Shown: one piece after another, positions 1 to 9,648 of the stretch
Layout: every line of letters begins with the position of its first letter
Position numbering within the stretch: the stretch's first letter is position 1
Virus record (IMG/VR): IMGVR_UViG_3300012667_000144
Span: 1 to 30,493 of that record
Direction: 5' to 3' (one strand)
DNA length: 30,493 nucleotides
Origin: a virus
Lineage: Duplodnaviria > Caudoviricetes
Program-made: the position numbers and the translations under genes
The notes under the pieces: model-generated
Seen by the model: only the letters and a program-made list of their open reading frames with translations
What the model was told of the DNA's origin: nothing
Database searches by the model: none

Positions 1-3000
1 GGTGTATGGTGTACAGGCGCTGACTCATTAACAGAATTAGTTTCAGTGTTCAACTACTACGGTTACGCAGGTTACCTAGCTGAACTAGGCGGACGCATTC
101 GTGCAACAAACGGTAACAGCTCATATGGTACATATGGTGTTATTGCTGAAGGTGTATCAAGTAAAGAAGTTCCATTGTATGGTACAGTTGATAACCGTGC
201 GTATGCGGCAGTAGTTTCTAACACAGTAACAGACGGCACTACCGAAGTGTTGCGTTTAGAATTTGGAAATGCTGGACAGAACTATACTAACACTGTAGTT
301 CAAGTTAACGGCGCTGGTTACAACGCAGCCGCAATTGGCGATGAATATCGTGACGCGGCAGTTACAGAAACACGCATTATCGACTTGAATGACGATAACG
401 GCTACGGTGGTACTAACTATGTTACACAAGCTAACGCCGCTCAGTCAGGCGATATTCCAAGTATCACAATCGCAGCTACTGATACTGCATTGACAAATGC
501 ATATAACGGTATGCGTATTCAAATTACTGCTGGTACAGGTGTTGGCCAATATGCTAACATTCTAACATACGGCGGTGGTTCTAAGATTGCTCAAGTTTAC
601 AGAGACGGATTCGATCCATTAACAATTACTGGCTCAACAACAACCGTTTTACAAGTAGCAAGTACTTCTACATTGTATGTAGGCTTACCAGTTTACTTCC
701 TTGCAACTACTGCTGGTATTTTAACTTCTAACACTGTTTATTATGTTGAGTCTATCCCAACTAGCACTACATTTACAGTTGAAGCAACAGAAGGCGGCGG
801 TGCAGTAACTGGATTAACAGCAACAAGCGGACAAACTATCACTATGGTAGCCGCTGGATGGGATCATATTGTTCCTGGTAAAGCTATTGCAAACGCATTA
901 GACTTAACTACAGCTTACATTATTGAGCCTCGTATTAGCTACACAGCTCCAGGGTATACTGCTACTGCAAGAACACTAAGTTCAACTGCTACATGGAAAG
1001 ACATCTTATTTGCTGACAGCAAGTATGTTGCAATCGCTAACGGTTCAACAAATACTTCTTACTCTGCAGATGGCGTAACATGGGCAACTGCAGGCGCACT
1101 ATCAGCTACTGATATGATTGATGTAGTTTATGGCGGCGGTGCTGGCGCAACTGCTACTGCGGTAGTTGGCGGCTTAGGCGGTCAAGGTGCAGTATTAGAA
1201 GCAGTATTTGGTGTTCCAAATACAACAGGTGCTGCAACTGAAGATCAAATTGCTAGTGTTACTATTGTTGACGGCGGTCAAGGTTATTCTACACCTCCAG
1301 TGATTGTGTTTACTCCGACAAGTGGTGGTACAGGTGCTAAAGCAACAGCAGTAGTACTAGACGGAAAGATTGTCGATGTTATTGTATCAATCCCAGGATC
1401 AGGTTACTTATCATTACCAACTGTTACTGCGGCAACTGACCGTGTTACTAAAATTATTGTTAACACAGCAGGTCGTGGATATACTTCAAACCCACAAGTT
1501 ACAATTAGTGGTGGTGGTGGCTCTGGTGCTACTGCAACATCAACTAGAATTATTGCTAACTCAGGTGGCACACAGTTTGATGGTGTAGGCGAAATCTTAC
1601 TATCCGACTCAAATGCAGTTATTGAAACTAACGCAAGTTACTTAGGATTCTCAGGTACAGGTTATACTTCAGTACCAACAGTGACTATTTTAGATACTGG
1701 CGCTAAGTATGTTGCTATGGCAGCAGGCGGCAACAACTGCTACACTACATCAGCTGGTATCCTTGCGGGTACAGCATGGACAGCTGGCACTGACTCAGGT
1801 AAAACTGACATTGCGGCATTGACATACGGTAACGGTATCTATGTAGCAGTTGGTGGTGCTAGCTCAGCGGTGTCAAGTGCAACTGCTACAGCATGGACTA
1901 GTAGAACAATTCCAACACTTGGATCTGGAACATATTCTAGTGTAACCCACGGTAACGGAACATTTATAGCGATTGCTACTGGTGGCACAAGTACTGCTAT
2001 TAGTTCAAACGGTACATCATGGGTTAGCGGTGGTACACTACCTAACAGTGGTTCTAACACCTGGACTAGCATTGCCTATGGTAATGGACGATTTGTAGCA
2101 ATTCAAGGTACATCAAGCCGCGCAGTAGCATACAGCTTAGATAAAGGTCTAACTTGGATTGCTGCCCCTGCAGGATTACCAGTAAGCACATCATGGACTA
2201 AGATTGCATATGGTCAAGGTTTATTTGTAGCAGTAGCAAGTGGTGGCGCAATTGCCGCAACTAGCCCAGACGGCGTAAACTGGACACAACGAGCACTTTC
2301 AAGTTCAAGTAACTGGACTTCAATTGCATTTGGTAACACTAACCGCAATCCACTATGGGTAACAGTATCTAATACTAGCGGTACAGCGGCATGCTCATTG
2401 AGAACTGGTGCTAAGGCATTAGGTCGTGTTAAAGTAGCAACTGGTAATGTTACAGAAATTCGAATGATTGAACCAGGTTCAAGCTATCCAAAAGGTACAG
2501 TATCTGCTACAACTACCTCAACAAATGTAATCACAGTAACAGACACTACTAACTTAGTAGACAGCCAACCGATCGAATTCACTGGCTGTGTTGATGGTGG
2601 ACTATTAGAGAACACAACTTACTATGTAATTGGTTCTACAATCGTTACCGACACTAGTTTTAAAGTTAGCGTAGTTCAAGGTAGCTCAACACCAGCATCG
2701 TTAAGTACAACTACTGGCCTAACCGGTACATACCGTGCAGGCCCTATGGTAACAGTTACTGATCCAAACAAGGTTGTTGGAGTAGCGACTCGAGTTAGAT
2801 TAGCTGACGGTGCTTTAGGTAACCCATCATTCAGCGATCGCGGTGCTGATAACACAACTGCTACAGCAGAAGTTAACGGTGACGGACGCAGTGATCTATA
2901 CCAAGCAAGTACATTTATTAACATTGCTAACATGTACGAAGTACCTGAGCCAGGTGCAAACATTGAGTTTGCTAGCTTGCCAGGCGTATACTTCAAACTA

Positions 3001-3690
3001 GTTACTGTAACTAACAAGTTAGGTGTAAAAGGTGCTTATACTGCTACATTCCAGATTAACCCTGGACTAACAGTATTACAAGCTCCAAGTCACGGTGATT
3101 TAGTAACAACTAGAATTAAGTATTCACAAGTTCGTTTAACAGGTCATGACTTCTTGTACATTGGTACTGGAAACTACACTACAACGAACTACCCAGGAAC
3201 TCCATTACAAGCTCCTGATACAGCGAAACAATCTCTGTACTCAGCAGGTGGTCGTGTGTTCTTTACAAGTACTGACCAAGACGGTAACTTTAACGTCGGT
3301 AACTTGTTCGGGGTACAACAAGCAACTGGTACTGCTACATTGAACGCTAGTGCGTTTAACCTAAGCGGTTTGAACAGCTTGCAGTTAGGTAGCGTAGAGT
3401 TAGGTATTGGTAGTGCAATTATTACACAATTCAGTACAGATCCGTACTTTACAGCGAACAGTGACAACATTGTTCCTACACAACGAGCAGTTAGAGCTTA
3501 TATTACAGCCCAAATTGGTGGCGGACAAAGCTCATTAAATGTAAATACACTAACTTCGGGCGTAGTATATGTTGCTGGTAACAGTATCAGTACAACAACT
3601 GGTGTAGGTTTACAAGTAACAAGTAAGATGAATTTTACAGGCGGCATTGACGGAGCACCCGTTGCCCTTGGATTCTTTATGCAAAGATAA
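1..3690 (+). CDS. Large virion structural protein (baseplate/tail-fibre-associated), 5'-truncated
   Basis: Frame 1 is open from base 1 (GVWCTGADSLTELVSVFNYY...), so the gene starts upstream of the window. It is Thr/Gly/Ser/Ala-rich. It carries W-x-x-IAYGNG-x-FVA...S-x-DG-x-x-W propeller-type repeats and GxGY-x-x-x-P repeats. The C-terminus QVRLTGHDFLYIGTG...GGRVFFTSTDQDGNF is of the kind seen in giant structural proteins of aquatic T4-like phages. Confidence 0.8.
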   Translation, partial: GVWCTGADSLTELVSVFNYYGYAGYLAELGGRIRATNGNSSYGTYGVIAEGVSSKEVPLYGTVDNRAYAAVVSNTVTDGTTEVLRLEFGNAGQNYTNTVVQVNGAGYNAAAIGDEYRDAAVTETRIIDLNDDNGYGGTNYVTQANAAQSGDIPSITIAATDTALTNAYNGMRIQITAGTGVGQYANILTYGGGSKIAQVYRDGFDPLTITGSTTTVLQVASTSTLYVGLPVYFLATTAGILTSNTVYYVESIPTSTTFTVEATEGGGAVTGLTATSGQTITMVAAGWDHIVPGKAIANALDLTTAYIIEPRISYTAPGYTATARTLSSTATWKDILFADSKYVAIANGSTNTSYSADGVTWATAGALSATDMIDVVYGGGAGATATAVVGGLGGQGAVLEAVFGVPNTTGAATEDQIASVTIVDGGQGYSTPPVIVFTPTSGGTGAKATAVVLDGKIVDVIVSIPGSGYLSLPTVTAATDRVTKIIVNTAGRGYTSNPQVTISGGGGSGATATSTRIIANSGGTQFDGVGEILLSDSNAVIETNASYLGFSGTGYTSVPTVTILDTGAKYVAMAAGGNNCYTTSAGILAGTAWTAGTDSGKTDIAALTYGNGIYVAVGGASSAVSSATATAWTSRTIPTLGSGTYSSVTHGNGTFIAIATGGTSTAISSNGTSWVSGGTLPNSGSNTWTSIAYGNGRFVAIQGTSSRAVAYSLDKGLTWIAAPAGLPVSTSWTKIAYGQGLFVAVASGGAIAATSPDGVNWTQRALSSSSNWTSIAFGNTNRNPLWVTVSNTSGTAACSLRTGAKALGRVKVATGNVTEIRMIEPGSSYPKGTVSATTTSTNVITVTDTTNLVDSQPIEFTGCVDGGLLENTTYYVIGSTIVTDTSFKVSVVQGSSTPASLSTTTGLTGTYRAGPMVTVTDPNKVVGVATRVRLADGALGNPSFSDRGADNTTATAEVNGDGRSDLYQASTFINIANMYEVPEPGANIEFASLPGVYFKLVTVTNKLGVKGAYTATFQINPGLTVLQAPSHGDLVTTRIKYSQVRLTGHDFLYIGTGNYTTTNYPGTPLQAPDTAKQSLYSAGGRVFFTSTDQDGNFNVGNLFGVQQATGTATLNASAFNLSGLNSLQLGSVELGIGSAIITQFSTDPYFTANSDNIVPTQRAVRAYITAQIGGGQSSLNVNTLTSGVVYVAGNSISTTTGVGLQVTSKMNFTGGIDGAPVALGFFMQR
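991..2400 (+). repeat. About 7 beta-propeller-type (Asp-box-like) peptide repeats, with GxGY..P repeats inserted in unit 2
   Basis: Units are TWKDILFADSKYVAI, DVVYG//AKYVAM, ALTYGNGIYVAV, SVTHGNGTFIAI, SIAYGNGRFVAI, KIAYGQGLFVAV and SIAFGNTNRNPLWVTV. Confidence 0.65.
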
Positions 3691-3708
3691 AAATGGAGAA
3701 ATTTTAAA

Positions 3709-4035
3709 ATGGCAACAGGAAGATTAGCGACCCCAACGCAATTATCGGCAACTACTAACACTACAGTATACACAGTCCCAACTGGATATTACGCAGTGTT
3801 TAATGTGTCGATGACAAACATTACTACTTCGGCGGTAACAGTGCGTTTAGCACTGTCTACAAGTGATTCACCGGGATCAAACGAGTATATCGAATACGAT
3901 ACCGTTATTCTCGGCAACGGTGTATTTGAACGAACAGGTTTAGTATTAGATGCAGGGAAAACAGTAGTAGCTTATGCTAGTACTGGGTCTGCCGTTAACG
4001 TCACAATATACGGTATCGAAACAAGTACAACATAA
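3709..4035 (+). CDS. Small virion structural protein (beta-rich, tail/baseplate-associated)
   Basis: 108 aa and Thr/Val-rich, with GGAG SD upstream. It lies within the fibre operon. Confidence 0.65.
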   Translation: MATGRLATPTQLSATTNTTVYTVPTGYYAVFNVSMTNITTSAVTVRLALSTSDSPGSNEYIEYDTVILGNGVFERTGLVLDAGKTVVAYASTGSAVNVTIYGIETSTT

Positions 4036-4049
4036 TAGGGGACTGAATA

Positions 4050-4814
4050 ATGGCACGATATAATAGTGTATCGCCGGTTAGAGCAATTACTACAACCGCA
4101 ACGATTCCTACACCGACAGCAGGTGCAATTACCAGTCTAACCGGTACAGCTCCATACACTGTTACTCTAGCAAGTCCGGTACTATATACTGGTATTGCCC
4201 AGACTTTTTACAATAGTACTTCGGGTACTATTACATTGACTAGTCCAACTGGCACACTAAAGGGTCCTGGATTTAGTACAGGCGCTTCGCAAACTATTCC
4301 TTCTGGCGCAACATACATGCTTATGTCAGATGGTACAGATTATGTTATCACTAACAACGAAGGCGGCCCGCAGGTAATGACCACGCTGACAGTAAGTAGT
4401 ACACTTACTGCACAAGCAGGTGTATCACTAACAGGCGCTAGCATTGCAACTAGTTCAACACAATCAGTTAGCGGCACATATGATGTTATTAACAAGAACT
4501 ATCTTGAAACTAAATATGGACAACCGTGGTCTGTACAAAGCAGTAACTTTAATGCAACTGCCGGCGGCAGATATTGGGTAGATACTAACAGCAACGCAGT
4601 TACTATGACATTACCAGCAAGCCCTACATTAGGTGATGCTGTGCAAGTTATTGACTACTCAGGTACTTTTAGCGCACGAAACTTAACAGTAAGCAACAAC
4701 AGCAACAAGATTATGAGAATTACAGATTCAATGACAGTATCAACTAACGGTGCTGCCTTTACTCTTGTATGGTCCGGTTCTACAAATGGTTGGTTAATGG
4801 CTACAGGTATCTAA
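4050..4814 (+). CDS. Tail fibre/baseplate connector protein with a C-terminal T4 gp9/gp10-like domain
   Basis: The C-terminus YWVDTNSNAVTMTLPASPTLGDAVQVIDYSGTFSARNLTV...TLVWSGSTNGW resembles the gp9/gp10-type beta-sandwich motif. The protein is Thr-rich and has a GGGG SD. Confidence 0.6.
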   Translation: MARYNSVSPVRAITTTATIPTPTAGAITSLTGTAPYTVTLASPVLYTGIAQTFYNSTSGTITLTSPTGTLKGPGFSTGASQTIPSGATYMLMSDGTDYVITNNEGGPQVMTTLTVSSTLTAQAGVSLTGASIATSSTQSVSGTYDVINKNYLETKYGQPWSVQSSNFNATAGGRYWVDTNSNAVTMTLPASPTLGDAVQVIDYSGTFSARNLTVSNNSNKIMRITDSMTVSTNGAAFTLVWSGSTNGWLMATGI

Positions 4815-4826
4815 TAAGGGAAAGAC

Positions 4827-5678
4827 ATGGCATTTAATTATCAAACACTGAAGAACATTACAAATAGTGCTATCATTGACGGCAGTTTAGATACTGCCGA
4901 CTTAGAAAACACTACAGTAACAGCAGTTAAAATTGCCAGTGGAAATATAACAGCAGATCGATTAGCTACTGCCGCAGTTGATGTTAGTGCAGGAACTGTT
5001 ACAGGTACCTTGCCAATTAGCAAAGGCGGCCTAAATTTAACAGGGCTTAATGGTGCATATCGTGCATTGCAAAGTGATGGATCTAATCCATCATTCCAGC
5101 CACACGGTATTGCAAGTATGCAAGTGTGGACAGGCAACGGCACTTGGACTCGTCCCGCAGGCGTTAAGTTTATTAAAGTACAAATCCAAGGTGGCGCTGG
5201 TGGTGGCTCAGGACACGGCGAAGGTGGCGGAGCAGGTGGATATGCTGAACGCATATTAGATGTTACTGGCATTAGTTCAGTTGGCATTACAATCGGTGGC
5301 GGTGGTAGTGGTACTTATTATTCAGGTGCAGCAGGTAATGGAAACGGATCAAGTTTTGGTCCGTATGTATCGTGTAGCGGCGGCCACGGAGCTAATAGAC
5401 AAAACCAACACTCGGGTGGTGTTAGTGGAGTAGGATCAGGTGGCAACTTAAACTTACACATGGGCGGCGGATTTAGCCACCATGCTCGTAGTGCTCAAAG
5501 TTGCGCTGATACATTCTTTGGCGGGGGTGCTCCTAGTAGCCATCCACAAGGCGGACACTTTGCACATAACCATCAAACACATACTGCACCAGGTACCGGC
5601 GGTGCTGGCGCACACTTTCACGGACATAGAGGATCAGATGGTCGTCCTGGTATCGTGATTGTTACTAACTACTATTAA
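4827..5678 (+). CDS. Glycine-rich, His-rich tail fibre tip/adhesin, paralog 1
   Basis: N-terminal VTAVKIA and GTLPISKGG fibre motifs. C-terminal glycine-rich domain WTRPAGVKFIKVQIQGGAGGG...GRPGIVIV. 15 His. Confidence 0.75.
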   Translation: MAFNYQTLKNITNSAIIDGSLDTADLENTTVTAVKIASGNITADRLATAAVDVSAGTVTGTLPISKGGLNLTGLNGAYRALQSDGSNPSFQPHGIASMQVWTGNGTWTRPAGVKFIKVQIQGGAGGGSGHGEGGGAGGYAERILDVTGISSVGITIGGGGSGTYYSGAAGNGNGSSFGPYVSCSGGHGANRQNQHSGGVSGVGSGGNLNLHMGGGFSHHARSAQSCADTFFGGGAPSSHPQGGHFAHNHQTHTAPGTGGAGAHFHGHRGSDGRPGIVIVTNYY

Positions 5679-5689
5679 AGAGATAACAG

Positions 5690-6550
5690 ATGGCATTTAA
5701 TTACCAAACATTAAAGAATTTATCAACTGACTCTTTGATCAACTTAACCGTTACAGGGAATGACTTTAACACAAGTGCAATTACAACTGCTAAAATTGCG
5801 GACGGTGTAATCACTAGTACTGAACTTGGAACTAACGCAGTTGACTTAACGTCAGCAGTTGTAACAGGAACTACTCCAATAAGTAAAGGCGGAACAGCTA
5901 GAACAGGCGTTGGATCTGCATACCATGCATTAGTAGCTAACTCGTCAAACAACGGATTAGACTATGCACCGACAGGTATTTACAGAATGGTTGTATTTAC
6001 AGGCAACGGTACATGGAGTAAAGCTGATTCAAGAGTTAGATATATTTGGGTACAGGTTCAAGGAGCCGGCGGCGGTGCAGGCGGTCACGGTGAATCCGGT
6101 GCCGCTGGCGGATATGCTGAACGAGTAATTGATGTTACTAGTATTAATAACGTCGGCATTACTATCGGTGGTGGTGGCGGTGGTACTTACTACAATAATG
6201 CAGGCGGCAACGGAAACAGTTCGTCATTCGGACCTTATGTATCAGCAGGCGGCGGGCACGGCTGCAACCGACATAATAACCACAACGGCGGATTGCCAGG
6301 TGTTGGCTCAGGCGGTGACTTAAACTTATATGGCGGCGCAGGTGGCGGTCACGAACAGCGTTCATCGGGTATGGGCGGATCAAGTTACTTTGGTGGTGCT
6401 GCTCCAGCAGGACACCCACAAGGTGGCCACTTTAGTCACAATCACCAAGGGCACTCTGCTCCGGGTACAGGTGGCACTAGCGGATATTTCAGCGGACATA
6501 GAGGATCAGATGGTCGTCCTGGTATTGTAATTGTTACCGAATTTTTCTAA
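5690..6550 (+). CDS. Glycine-rich, His-rich tail fibre tip/adhesin, paralog 2
   Basis: Co-linear with paralog 1 (MAFNYQTLKN start, HPQGGHFSHNHQ, HRGSDGRPGIVIV). 12 His. Confidence 0.75.
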   Translation: MAFNYQTLKNLSTDSLINLTVTGNDFNTSAITTAKIADGVITSTELGTNAVDLTSAVVTGTTPISKGGTARTGVGSAYHALVANSSNNGLDYAPTGIYRMVVFTGNGTWSKADSRVRYIWVQVQGAGGGAGGHGESGAAGGYAERVIDVTSINNVGITIGGGGGGTYYNNAGGNGNSSSFGPYVSAGGGHGCNRHNNHNGGLPGVGSGGDLNLYGGAGGGHEQRSSGMGGSSYFGGAAPAGHPQGGHFSHNHQGHSAPGTGGTSGYFSGHRGSDGRPGIVIVTEFF

Positions 6551-6561
6551 CAGGATAAGAC

Positions 6562-7416
6562 ATGGCATTTGATTATCAATCATTAAAGAATTTAACAGGC
6601 GCAGGATTTTTAGACGGTGCAATTAGTGCCGCTAAGATAGCTGACCGTACTATTCCAACAGCAGATATTGCTCCGGGTAATGTAACAGCAGGTAAACTTG
6701 CAACTAACGCAGTCGGTCTTACTTCAGGCAATGTAACAGGAGTTATGCCAGTTAGCAAAGGTGGTACTGGATTAAGTAGTGTAGGATCTGCAAACACTAT
6801 CCTTAGAACTAACGGATCTGCTAACGGATTAGAGTATGCTCAAATTGGTCTCAGCGGTATGCAAGTATTTACAGGTGGCGGCACTTGGAATAGACCTGCT
6901 GGCGTTAGATACATTAGAGTTAAGTGTCAAGGCGCAGGCGGCGGAGCAAGTGGTCACGGGGAATCAGGCGGCGCAGGCGGCTATTCTGAACGAATCTTAG
7001 ATGTAACTGGCATTAGTTCAGTTGCTATTACTATTGGCGGTGGCGGCGGTGGTACTTATTATTCAGGCGCAGGCGGTAACGGGAACGGATCGTCATTTGG
7101 CCCTTACTTGTCAGCAGGCGGCGGCCACGGGGCTAATAGACAGAACCAACACTCAGGTGGTGTTAGTGGATCTGGGTCGGGCGGCGACTTAAACATTCAC
7201 ACTGGATCAGGCGGCGCCCACCACGACAGTTTTGGTCCAGGTGGAACAAGCCATTTTGGCGGAGCCGCTCCTAGCGGTCACCCACAAGGCGGGCATTTTA
7301 GTCACAACCATCAAGGACATGCAGCCCCAGGAACCGGCGGCACAGGCGGATACTTCCATGGTCACAGGGGATCAGATGGTCGCCCAGGTATCATTGTAGT
7401 TGAAGAATATAAATAA
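6562..7416 (+). CDS. Glycine-rich, His-rich tail fibre tip/adhesin, paralog 3
   Basis: Co-linear with paralogs 1 and 2 (MAFDYQSLKN, HPQGGHFSHNHQGH, HGHRGSDGRPG). 14 His. Confidence 0.75.
   Translation: MAFDYQSLKNLTGAGFLDGAISAAKIADRTIPTADIAPGNVTAGKLATNAVGLTSGNVTGVMPVSKGGTGLSSVGSANTILRTNGSANGLEYAQIGLSGMQVFTGGGTWNRPAGVRYIRVKCQGAGGGASGHGESGGAGGYSERILDVTGISSVAITIGGGGGGTYYSGAGGNGNGSSFGPYLSAGGGHGANRQNQHSGGVSGSGSGGDLNIHTGSGGAHHDSFGPGGTSHFGGAAPSGHPQGGHFSHNHQGHAAPGTGGTGGYFHGHRGSDGRPGIIVVEEYK
7408..7415 (+). promoter_or_regulatory. Possible T4-type late promoter TATAAATA
   Basis: Perfect TATAAATA overlapping the end of paralog 3, followed by GGAG SD and ATG at 7437. Confidence 0.5.
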
Positions 7417-7436
7417 AATCGGAGTTATAAAATAAC

Positions 7437-7931
7437 ATGAAAAAAGCACTTATCTCATTCCAAGGCTGGGTACAACAAATTGTTGAACCAGGTGAAGATT
7501 ATGAAATTTATGAAGGCCCAGATGCTACTATTGCATGGGTTGACGCACCAGATGAAATTACTTTAGATTGGACACTAGAGTGGAGCCCAAGTAGACAAGA
7601 AATGATTTGGGTAGAACGAGATGGCCCATACACTGATAATGCAGTTGCAAGAAGTGTAGCATACGGACAAGTTGGCGCCCAACTCGATATGTTATATCAC
7701 GAGTTAAAAACTAATGGTGCAATTACGCCTGAAGGTGAGTGGTTCCAACATATCGACATGGTTAAATCAGTAATTCCAAAGCCTGCATACAAAGAGCCAG
7801 TAACTATGGAAGAGATGATGGCTAAAGCGGCTGCTGAGGAACCAGATCCAACCAATCCAAATAAACCATCTACTGTAGAAATGCCAGCTTGGAAGCGTTA
7901 TCCACAATGGAAAGGTTACAACAATAATTAA
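7437..7931 (+). CDS. Tail-fibre-associated protein (putative assembly chaperone)
   Basis: Acidic 164-aa protein directly downstream of the fibre genes. Its R-x-x-AY...QLDMLYH...W..HI..VK..IPK motif is typical of small proteins that follow fibre genes in aquatic phages. Confidence 0.55.
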   Translation: MKKALISFQGWVQQIVEPGEDYEIYEGPDATIAWVDAPDEITLDWTLEWSPSRQEMIWVERDGPYTDNAVARSVAYGQVGAQLDMLYHELKTNGAITPEGEWFQHIDMVKSVIPKPAYKEPVTMEEMMAKAAAEEPDPTNPNKPSTVEMPAWKRYPQWKGYNNN

Positions 7932-7953
7932 AGATATTTTAATCTTGATTAAG

Positions 7954-7979
7954 AAAGGCACTCTTAGTAGTGCCTTTTT
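7954..7979 (+). terminator. Rho-independent terminator
   Basis: AAAGGCACT-cttagt-AGTGCCTTT 9-bp stem running into a T tract, located after the fibre operon. Confidence 0.8.
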
Positions 7980-8002
7980 CACGGGCTTGACATTTTTGTT
8001 GC

Positions 8003-8010
8003 TATAAATA
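8003..8010 (+). promoter_or_regulatory. T4-type late promoter TATAAATA heading the + strand enzyme operon
   Basis: Perfect TATAAATA in the intergenic gap, after the terminator and 24 nt before the ATG at 8035 (AAGGA SD). Confidence 0.75.
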
Positions 8011-8034
8011 ACTTGCTTTAATAAAGGAACACAC

Positions 8035-9648
8035 ATGCAAGTAAAAACTGTAACGATCGTAGGCGGTGGTAGCTCAGGATGGATGACTGCGGCTGCATTA
8101 TCAAAATTATGTCCACACTTAGATATTAGTCTAATTGAGTCTGATAAAATTGGCACTGTTGGCGTCGGAGAAAGTACGCTTGGACATATTAATAAATTTT
8201 TAGGAATGTTAGATCTTAAAGACGAAGATTGGATGCCAGCGTGTAACGCAACATACAAAAACTCTATTCGATTTACTAACTTTAGAGAAAACGACGGTAC
8301 TCACTTCGAGTATCCATTTAGTGCAGGTTTAGATTTTACAGACAAACCGAGTGGTACACAGGCATGGAGCGAGTTAGCAACATTATATCCTGAAGAATAC
8401 ACTCCTGAGACTTTTGCAGAGTTCTATTGTACAGGCAATACCTTCCTAGCCAAGTATAACAAGGAAAGCCGAAACGAAAATGGAATTCTACGCAATTATG
8501 ATTTTAAATACGATACTGCATATCACTTAGATGCGCAGTTGTTTGGACAATACTTGCGAGACAAGATTGCTATTCCTAACGGCGTTACGCATTTGAAAGG
8601 TGAAGTACATTCACATAAGAAAGATGCACAGGGCAATATCACTGAAATCATGTTAGTCGACGGTGGCGTTCTAACATCAGACTTATGGATCGACTGCACT
8701 GGATTTAAGTCAGTGCTATTAGAAAACTGGATGGGATCAGAGTTCCGCCCGTTTGACAAGTATCTAGCCAACGACAGTGCTTGGGCATGTAGATTGCCGT
8801 ACATTGATCGCGAACGAGAAATGCATAATGTTACTGATTGTCACGCATTAGATAACGGTTGGGTATGGAACATTCCTTTGTGGAATCGTATTGGTACAGG
8901 CTATGTATTCTCATCAAAGTTTGTTACTCCTGAAGACGCACAAAAAGAATTTAGAAAACATATAGCAAAAAAGCATAGTCCAGAACTTGCAGAAAATGCA
9001 CAGATGTTTATGGTGAATATCAGACACGGCCGCCGACGTCGTGCATGGATTAAGAACGTCGTGGGCGTTGGACTTAGCTACGGATTTGTTGAACCATTAG
9101 AGTCAACAGGATTGTTAACTACTCACGAAAACATTATTAAACTTGTTGAAAGTTTGAATCGTAGACAAGGTTACTTAACTAGAACTGAAATTGAAGGTTA
9201 CAACTTTGCTGTAGAATATGATGTACTAAAGTTTAGAGACTTTGTGTCACAACATTATGCATTGTCACAGCGTACAGATACTCCTTACTGGAGATGGTGT
9301 ACACAGCTTAATGAATATTGCCCAGACATGATGGGAGACCACATGTTAATGCAAGCACAGTATCCTAATCTAGTCGGTAACATTTCAGCTAGCCAGAGCT
9401 ACAGTCCTGAACTAGTTGGTAATATGTTTATTGCCGCCGGCATGGGAGTTAAGTCTATCGCAACAAAAGAGTTAATTTTTTATGGAAGCCGCCTAGGTGT
9501 TGCTCAGAAAGAAGAAGAAATTGGCTACGCTAAACGCCGTTACGAAGAATACAGAGATTACATTATTGACTATGTTAAAACTCTTCCAAGTCACTATCAG
9601 TACTTGAAAGATAACATCTACGGTGGCAAAGACGACCATGCTATTTAA
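8035..9648 (+). CDS. Flavin-dependent halogenase (tryptophan halogenase/PrnA family), FDH1
   Basis: GGGSSG FAD motif, GVGEST, CNATYK (catalytic Lys position), IDCTGF, GWVWNIP and FVEPLESTG. Confidence 0.9.
   Translation: MQVKTVTIVGGGSSGWMTAAALSKLCPHLDISLIESDKIGTVGVGESTLGHINKFLGMLDLKDEDWMPACNATYKNSIRFTNFRENDGTHFEYPFSAGLDFTDKPSGTQAWSELATLYPEEYTPETFAEFYCTGNTFLAKYNKESRNENGILRNYDFKYDTAYHLDAQLFGQYLRDKIAIPNGVTHLKGEVHSHKKDAQGNITEIMLVDGGVLTSDLWIDCTGFKSVLLENWMGSEFRPFDKYLANDSAWACRLPYIDREREMHNVTDCHALDNGWVWNIPLWNRIGTGYVFSSKFVTPEDAQKEFRKHIAKKHSPELAENAQMFMVNIRHGRRRRAWIKNVVGVGLSYGFVEPLESTGLLTTHENIIKLVESLNRRQGYLTRTEIEGYNFAVEYDVLKFRDFVSQHYALSQRTDTPYWRWCTQLNEYCPDMMGDHMLMQAQYPNLVGNISASQSYSPELVGNMFIAAGMGVKSIATKELIFYGSRLGVAQKEEEIGYAKRRYEEYRDYIIDYVKTLPSHYQYLKDNIYGGKDDHAI

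Noticed and set aside
4827-7416. Diversity-generating retroelement or CRISPR-like explanation for the repeats
   Set aside because: There is no reverse transcriptase in the window, differences are not adenine-specific, and the repeats are full-length coding paralogs without spacers.
7987-8010. TTGACA as a sigma70 -35 element for the enzyme operon
   Set aside because: TATAAATA is only 10 nt downstream and no -10 hexamer lies at 16-18 nt spacing. The late motif is the better explanation, though a dual promoter is not excluded.
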